From: Phoronis australis | Taxonomy: Eukaryota > Animalia > Phoronida | Length of the DNA stretch: 64,000 nucleotides | Reading direction: 5' to 3' | NCBI GenBank assembly: GCA_002633005.1 | Contig: NMRA01000342.1 | Location: 206,728-270,727, forward strand | Shown: piece after piece, positions 56,801 through 64,000 of the stretch | Layout: each line of letters begins with the position of its first letter | Position numbering within the stretch: position 1 is the first letter of the stretch | The notes under the pieces: model-generated | Database searches by the model: none | Told to the model about the DNA's origin: nothing | What the model saw: only the letters and a program-made list of their open reading frames with translations | Position numbers and translations under genes: made by a program

Positions 56801-59304
56801 AGTCTAATGCAGTCTGTGTTTTGGTGGAGGTCTAAAGCCCATTTAATAAACAGAAGAGTATTTTAAGTGTATTTAGCTGCTAAAATCACTGGCCTTGACT
56901 AAAGCAAATGTTTCACTGACAACAGCGAGAATTGGTGATTTAGAGAAAACGCACAAAACTGCAAAACACATTGCTATTTCATGGCTCTGGTCAAAGCTAA
57001 TACCGATAACTTTAACAAGACTAACAATAATCCTACAAATATTTTTTTCAGCAATAAAACTGATAACGTTCTTTAAATGTGCAGTAATTCCCAGGCAAAG
57101 TGAGTGCGACATTGTCACCAACATTTAAACAAGGATACCATACTTGGTTTCTGAATACACTAAATAACAGGGGACTGCAAGTAAGGAAAAGTTGAGGTAT
57201 CGTATTAACTTACATGTGATCTAAAGTGTGAAATGGCATGTACATGAACTGTTCTTTATAAATGTCCCAGGGATGCAAACCACATAGAAGAATTCTTCGG
57301 TTTCTTACACTGAAAATGAGTAGTTTTTTAATGCAGACGCTGACTAATAAGGCGTGATTCCACATTTCTTTTGTCATGAACCGCGGTCTTCTTTTCTTCT
57401 AAACACAGTCCTTTTCCCAGGAGCAGTGCTCGAACCATTCAGTGACCAAAAACATGAATGAACATGTGCTTGGGACAAATAGCATCAAACCTGTACAGGA
57501 TTATTTACTATAACTGGGAAGAAGAGAGTTACAGTTGGGCTGGAGATAAGAAACAAGTTGCCCTGTGCCAGAAATTTGGGGTCATGAAAACAATAACAGT
57601 GTTAAAGAGAAAGGAGAGCCATAAGCCGCAGAAAGTACATGCAATTTGTGACCAAGGATGACTTGACTACTCTGTATTAGATTGGTGTTATTAAAAATCT
57701 CTCATTTGGTTTCAATTTCACAGGACAGTGGCTTCTAAACCAACCATAGGTCAGATAGCAATCTGTTGCATTGTTATTTAGCATTCCTCTGCTGTATTGT
57801 CCAAGGTCATGACTTACAGGCCAGTTGTCTACTAGGGTTCAAACAGTTACTAAAACCATTTATCAACTAATACAAGAGAACCGAAACCCAATGTATCTAG
57901 TTTGGACAATTTTTATCATATTACCTCGAGTAAAAAATGATCCTCTAATAACTTCTTTATGATGGCGAATTTAATTTCAGAAAACAAACAGTTCCAATTC
58001 ACCAGTTTTAGTCCATGGCATATGAATTTATTTTGCTGGATGTTTATTGCCTTACAAACCTCATGTTGTAATTGCTCTAATCCAGTAGGACCTCACATTA
58101 GATTCTTTGATAAACAAGCCCTTAATCACAGCAGGACTTAATACAAATCTATTCACTAAGTGTAAGGAGCCCTGAAACCTGTTGAGTTTTTATGAATGCA
58201 TGATATTACTATTGTCCTCAGGTTAAGACTCATGGTGATTGAATTGGCAATTAGATATGTAGGACTTGACCAGCACTGGTCTGTGTACATAGCCAAATAG
58301 CTGACAGTAATGGTTCACATTTTTTGAAAAGAAGAAAGACTGTAGAATTTGATTTTTGACTTGTTGCTAATCTGCTGTTAACTAGGTCATGTGTCACGTC
58401 TTTTAAGTAAAGTTTAACAAAAAGAAAGGTAATAAGGATAACAATATCAATAACATGATTAAATTTTATTTGATAAAAATGTTCCAGGTGAGGTGCCGAA
58501 AATGCTGTTAAAATTTTCTAAAGTGGCCCTTTTATTTTTGCTTCATGCAACTTGATTTTTTTCATCAAAACTATAAAACTCCAATTTTTGATAGCCCCTC
58601 ACGTAAAGGGGGACAACCTGAAATCAATTCCTAAAATCATTTTGGAGAACAGAGCATAAAACATAGCGTTTGGAAGTTTCATATGAATGCGATAAGTCAT
58701 TTCTGAGATACGATATTCTAAAGTTAGCCAAATTTGTTTATTTTTCTAGAGTCCTAACATAACCTTAATCTATTCAAGCAGGGGATTGGATGTGTTGGAA
58801 ATTGTGGACCAGTGCTAACCAAGGACAATTAAGTAGAATCCACTTAATATTTAAATCATTTAACATCACTAATGCTCACACTGAAGACATATTTTGTAAA
58901 TTATTACACAGTTTTGGAAACTAGGGTTCCTGATGAGAAAGGTCTGAAGTCTACATGATACAGGGGCAGGAGAGAGCAGATGGCTAGTTTAAGAATACAT
59001 ACAGTGACAATAGTACTCGGTGACCTTGAACTGGTGCCCTTGATGTCAAAAGATAGCCCCAAGCTAAATCATAATTCTCGCATCTTCGTCAAATAATAAT
59101 TTCCCTAGTTGTCATTTTTCCTATTTATGAAAGACTGATTACTCTGCAACTGATGCCAATGTCTTTATGATCTGGACATTAAAACCAAGGAATCGAGTGA
59201 CTATAATTTTCTTGCCAAACTCGACAAATTAAAATTTCACTTTGTTCGCCATATTAAACACCAAATAGGTGAAGAATAACATGTCTGTTTTTGAAAGATT
59301 AGCG

Positions 59305-59472
59305 TTTGAGCATTCGGTCATACTCACAAACCATTCATAAGATTAGTGCTTGAGCATTCGCTCATACTCACAAACCGTTCATAAAGATAAGTGTTTGAGC
59401 ATTCGTTCATACTCACAAACCGTTCATAAAGATCGGTGTTTGAGCATTCGTTCAAACTCACAAACCGTTCAA
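59305..59472. repeat. About 45-bp tandem repeat, about 4 copies
   Basis: TTGAGCATTCGCTCATACTCACAAACCGTTCATAAAGATAAGTGT repeated. Confidence 0.9.
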
Positions 59473-60259
59473 ATAACAACAGAACCAGAGGTTTATGGAC
59501 TACAAAAGTGCCAGCAAAAACATCAGGAGTTTTGGGGCAACTCAAAGCTACAGCAAAGAACCAGCAAAAGTGAACCCTGTGCCGTTTACATAACTGGCGT
59601 ATTTGCTACCAGCAAAAAGCGCTAGTTCAAACGAATCTCATCAACTTTTGCAACCAAGTTCAAACGATTAACAAATTTTTAGCTTATTCAAAAACAGGAT
59701 GAAGTTTCATGATAAATCTTCAGCTTGAGATGCAGTTCCTTGATAGCAAAATGCAAACTTTTTCTCAGAAAGATACTTCTAATTGAATTCCTTAGAAAAA
59801 AACATGAAGCACTGTCACAGTAAATTTTCAAGAGTTGAAAAAATCACCACAATTCAAACAAGCATTCTGTTACAATTTTAAGTAAAAAAAAAACACTTGG
59901 GGAAAACTGGCAGGCTCATGGCTTACTTCATTCATGGAATCACATCAATTCACAACAAAAACATAGTCACGCGCCACAAGGATAACACTGCACCCTCAGA
60001 ACAAACATCAAGTTTTAAATGACCAGACAGCAGGAATGAAAACATTTCCAGGCAAGTAATGATGTTACATGTCACAAGAGATTTAGAGAAGATCAATCAC
60101 CCGCCCATCCAGGAGGGCGAGGGCGTGCCCAGCTGTCCAGAATGCAAGACAAGACAAGAAAGCATTTGAACAACAGTTGGTAACTATCAAGGGGCCTTCA
60201 GATACAGAGGTTTAAAGAGATGGGGTTCCGTTTTTTGACCAAACAATGCATTTTCGTGT

Positions 60260-60402
60260 TTATTGTTGGATGTGATAGACTTCTTGAAGTTATTATTATT
60301 GTTGGATGGAATAGACTTCTTGAAGTTATTACTATTGTAGGAAGGGATAGACTTCTTGAAGTTATTGTTATTATTGTTGGATGGGATAGACTTCTTTAAG
60401 TT
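60260..60402. repeat. About 36-39 bp tandem repeat, about 4 copies
   Basis: TTATTGTTGGATG..ATAGACTTCTTGAAGTTA repeated. Confidence 0.85.
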
Positions 60403-63400
60403 TTTAGCTTTGACTAGAGGTGTGAAGCAATATCTATGTTATTATGACTTTAATACAGACCGCTGCCTGCCAGTCATTGTTGAAATCAAGGCCAGTGATT
60501 GCATGCTTAAAATACTCCGCCACTTGTCGAGTGGGGTTTTGTTCCGGTAGCAAAATGTTGGAAAGCGACCGCCAAGATTGTGAGCTTGATTTTGCCTGAT
60601 GACTATCCCAGAAACCACCTTTCTCCCTGATAATGTCATTTTTCAACAAGGTTATAAATTAAACTTTTGAAATACTGTAATAATGGGTCAGTTTTTGAAA
60701 AAATGGCATAATACACCATACATTTATGGAAAATCAACCATGTGGTGAAAACTGAAATAGTCGTGTATGTCTTTGAAGTATTCAAATCTGCTATAAACCG
60801 TGAAAAAATAACTTTTGATTCAGATCATTTAGAGTTAAGAGAAATTGGTCATAACGTACCCAGGCTACCTTCGTTGCCAAGTGTCAAATTAATGTATGTA
60901 CTACTTTCCCACAAATTTATATATATTTTAGAATCCTTGATGGTCACAAAATTTTATTATGCGCATAAAAATAATGCCTAGGAGACTACCTTTTTTTCTA
61001 AAAGATCTCGATTTTTCAAAGAGATGCCCGTAATTTCAACAAACTTTTTTGTTACTATAAGACCTACAAAACATTTTCTGGGATTTTCTTTTAAAGCCAA
61101 GTTTTAGCTTGAGAACTAAGCTCTCAAAAATGAAGACGTCAACATTCCTTAAAAAGGGCAGTCTTGATTTTTGACGGCTGAGCTCTCTGGCTAAAATGCT
61201 TGCAGCTAATAGAACATGGAAACAAACTTAGAAAGTCAAATGCAAAAAAATCACACTTGAGTACAATACATCATTTTCAGTGAACGGTCGTGAAACTTTA
61301 GAAAAAATGTAATCATATGAGCATTGCTTACGCGCACATATTGAGATTCTGTGACAATCAAGGATTTTAAAAACGTGTAGCTTTATGGAGTTACTAATAA
61401 CAAGCTATTATTACCAGATTTGTGCTTTTGCAACACAAGTAGCCAGTAGTATCTATGACAAACATCTCATTTTTATTTCCCAATTTAAGCGCACTGGGGA
61501 TTAAACCGGATGCGTTGGACACTAAAACATTTGAAGTATTCAAAAAATGAAATTAAACAACAGGATTACACTCTTGGGGGCATCCACTTATCTTTTGACA
61601 GTTATGAGTGACAGACCAGTGCATCAGTTATTGCCATCAACAGGAAGGTGAAAGGTCATTGCTGTTGATGTTGCAGTAATGTCCTAACCAGACAGCCCTG
61701 TCACTGGGGGATCAATACCAAGTCACTACACGGAAAATCCATCAGAAGCCACTTGACTGCAGACCTGGGATTAATGACACCTTCAAAGTTGGCATGGATA
61801 CCCTACACGGAAATACTCTACACCTGGCAAGCAAATTTTTGCGGAATGGGCATAGACATTTTTAGGCAACATTCACTTCACAGGAGTGTCAGATTTTGAG
61901 TACCAGTTTGATGCTCATTAATTGGTAGAGAAAACTGGTTCTCAAAATGCAGGACCACAGTGAATGTTATGCCAAAAACGTAGGGGATGGTCTGTTTTTT
62001 TTATGAAAATCAAGTCAGTTAATCGGTGTTTTAGTTTCTTGTAAACTACACCAGTAGACATGTACAAACAATTTCCAAAAATTCAAAATCCAACTTTATT
62101 AATTTCTGCTTATTTTGCATTATTTGTGAATATGTTTTTGTTAAACTGGTTTGGGTAAAAATTCCTTGCAAACTTATCAACCAAAATTTTATGACAAGAA
62201 ATATCAGTACTTTACCCAAGATCCGCAGCAAACAAAATCAAAGGGCCTCGCTCACCTAAGGAGAAAGCTGCCCGCGTCTAATCTGAGAGCAGACTTTTTG
62301 CATGAGGGGAAAATCACTGCTCTCCCATCACTACCTATTCCCCTGGTCCTCAAGAAGTCAAAACTAACTTATTGTACCCTAGAAAGGAATTTTTTAATAA
62401 TTGAATGGAAATTTAGGGGCCTGATGAGGGGGTTTCATGTGATTTTTAAATAGTTTTCATAGGGGTATGGGGCTGATTTCGGACACAAAATCAAGGTAAC
62501 AAAACCCTAAAATTAGTGTTTTTGTTAAGCCAAGAGCATTCATTCATTGCAGAAATATATCCCCATATTGACAATGGCGATACTGTCATGTTGCTTTCTT
62601 TTCTTTTCTTTACTTAATTTTCAAATTCCAGGGTTAGAACTAAATTTCGTCCTCACAACAAGCAAATCTTGTAAAATGAAGTAAAACCAAAAAGTTGGAA
62701 TCATTTTTGTGGGTTTAAAGCAAACTTACAAAAAAGTTACTTGCATTTTTCCCATTCTTATTTCAAAGCCTTAAAACAAAATTGGTACAGCAAGAAGCTG
62801 TCCCTCAGCTTGTGTTAAGTTCAAACTCTCTGTAACAGTGGCAGTTTGTTTGGTCCGTGGGTGGACAACACTTACGAACTAAACTCTCACTTCATTCCAA
62901 TGCAGGCAATTGCAACTTGGAAACAGCCAGTAACATAGAGTACGCAAGTCAAATGCGACGCCATCCATTGTAACACCCGGCTAGACGATTTTTTACACCA
63001 AATGAAGAAATTGACGCCTTTCAATAAAATAAACATATTCTGAATGAGATAACTTTTGAATGGGGGGTGTCAAAGATCAAAACATCAAAATTCCCCAGTA
63101 TTGTTTGTATTGATACCCAGTGTCTGACAACGCCTTTCATTACTGCATAATTGAAGTCATTAACCCCTTACAGAAGCGTGTGATTTCCTCTGCTGAAGGA
63201 TCTCGTGTGAACATGTAAGGGTAAAAATGTATCAACCATTTGTTAACCTACTCTTAGATATACTCATATAAGTGGCTGAGTGTGAGAAGGGTATTTTTCA
63301 GATTAAGAGAATACAGAGACGAAAATAAATTAAAATAGGATTTTTTCCCTAATGAAACGTTAATTTTTGAAAGGACATTTGGAGAAACAACTTTTTTGCC

Positions 63401-64000
63401 ACATACTGTACCCAACCATAGACACCCGTAGCATCTCTAATAAAGGAAGATACTGGGATACTCTTGACCTGAAATATACCGCTGTAGGGTCAGCCTGCTC
63501 TGGACTCCCAGGTTACTTCACTTTTACAGAATCTCAATATTTGTCCAAAGTTAGCCCCATCTCCCCCCCCTCTGACAAGGTCATGGATCCACTCTCCCTT
63601 TAATGTTCAATGTTAGCTTTCTGGACATTTAGTGAACAGTGGGATTCTCAGGAAATCAATTTGATCAAAGCATTACTAAAGGCAGTCGGTCTGCACAAAC
63701 GATGCTGCCAATAACGAGTGTTTCCTTTCAGTGTTATTGTTTGGCACTCCTCCAATACCACCAGTTGCACTGCATGGCACAGACAGAAGATCTCAAACTA
63801 ATCAAGGAGTCACGATGTGACACTTAATAATTTGCCAGGAACACGAAAATATTCTTAATTTGCTTTTGCATTATTATGCATTTGTTTGTGCACCCGTTTG
63901 TGCACTAGCTTGCGGTTGGAACATATTTTAGATTAGTGTAGACTGCTACAGTACAAGCCAAAAGTATTTAGACAAAATCATCCCCCTCCCCCCCCCCCCC

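Noticed and set aside
48505-64000. Search for further coding exons or genes
   Set aside because: Only short random ORFs, repeats and MITE fragments were found; small or non-coding exons could have been missed.
63982-64000. Poly-C run (G-quadruplex candidate on the minus strand)
   Set aside because: Simple homopolymer truncated by the window edge; nothing further can be inferred.

Overview
Eukaryotic (animal, invertebrate-type) AT-rich genomic DNA with spliced genes, so the supplied ORF track is mostly noise and the genes were rebuilt by hand from GT-AG junctions. The window holds four genes. (1) The last two coding exons of a + strand gene ending in a YENV-bearing tail (984-1716). (2) An intact 3-coding-exon THAP zinc-finger/coiled-coil gene on the - strand (8519-14191, 313 aa), which the ORF track shows only in part. 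(3) The complete proteasome alpha-3 subunit gene PSMA4 on the + strand (16560-24413, 7 coding exons, 257 aa), head-to-head with the THAP gene. (4) A THSD4/ADAMTSL4-like gene on the - strand (28136-48332, 13 coding exons, 742 aa). Its signal-peptide exon splices straight into the Cys-rich module, like the short beta isoform of vertebrate THSD4/ADAMTSL6. Hidden elements include two further decayed THAP domains. One lies in a Kolobok-type transposon relic in PSMA4 intron 3 that also keeps a convergent KolX/P2X7-ballast-like fragment. There is also a minimal hammerhead-ribozyme motif (about 1283-1326), many TTAA-, hAT- and Harbinger-type MITEs, and several minisatellites. Three apparent tandem duplications each abut a single N and are most likely uncollapsed haplotypes, two of which expose polymorphic transposon insertions. 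Family assignments come from motif recognition, not database searches.
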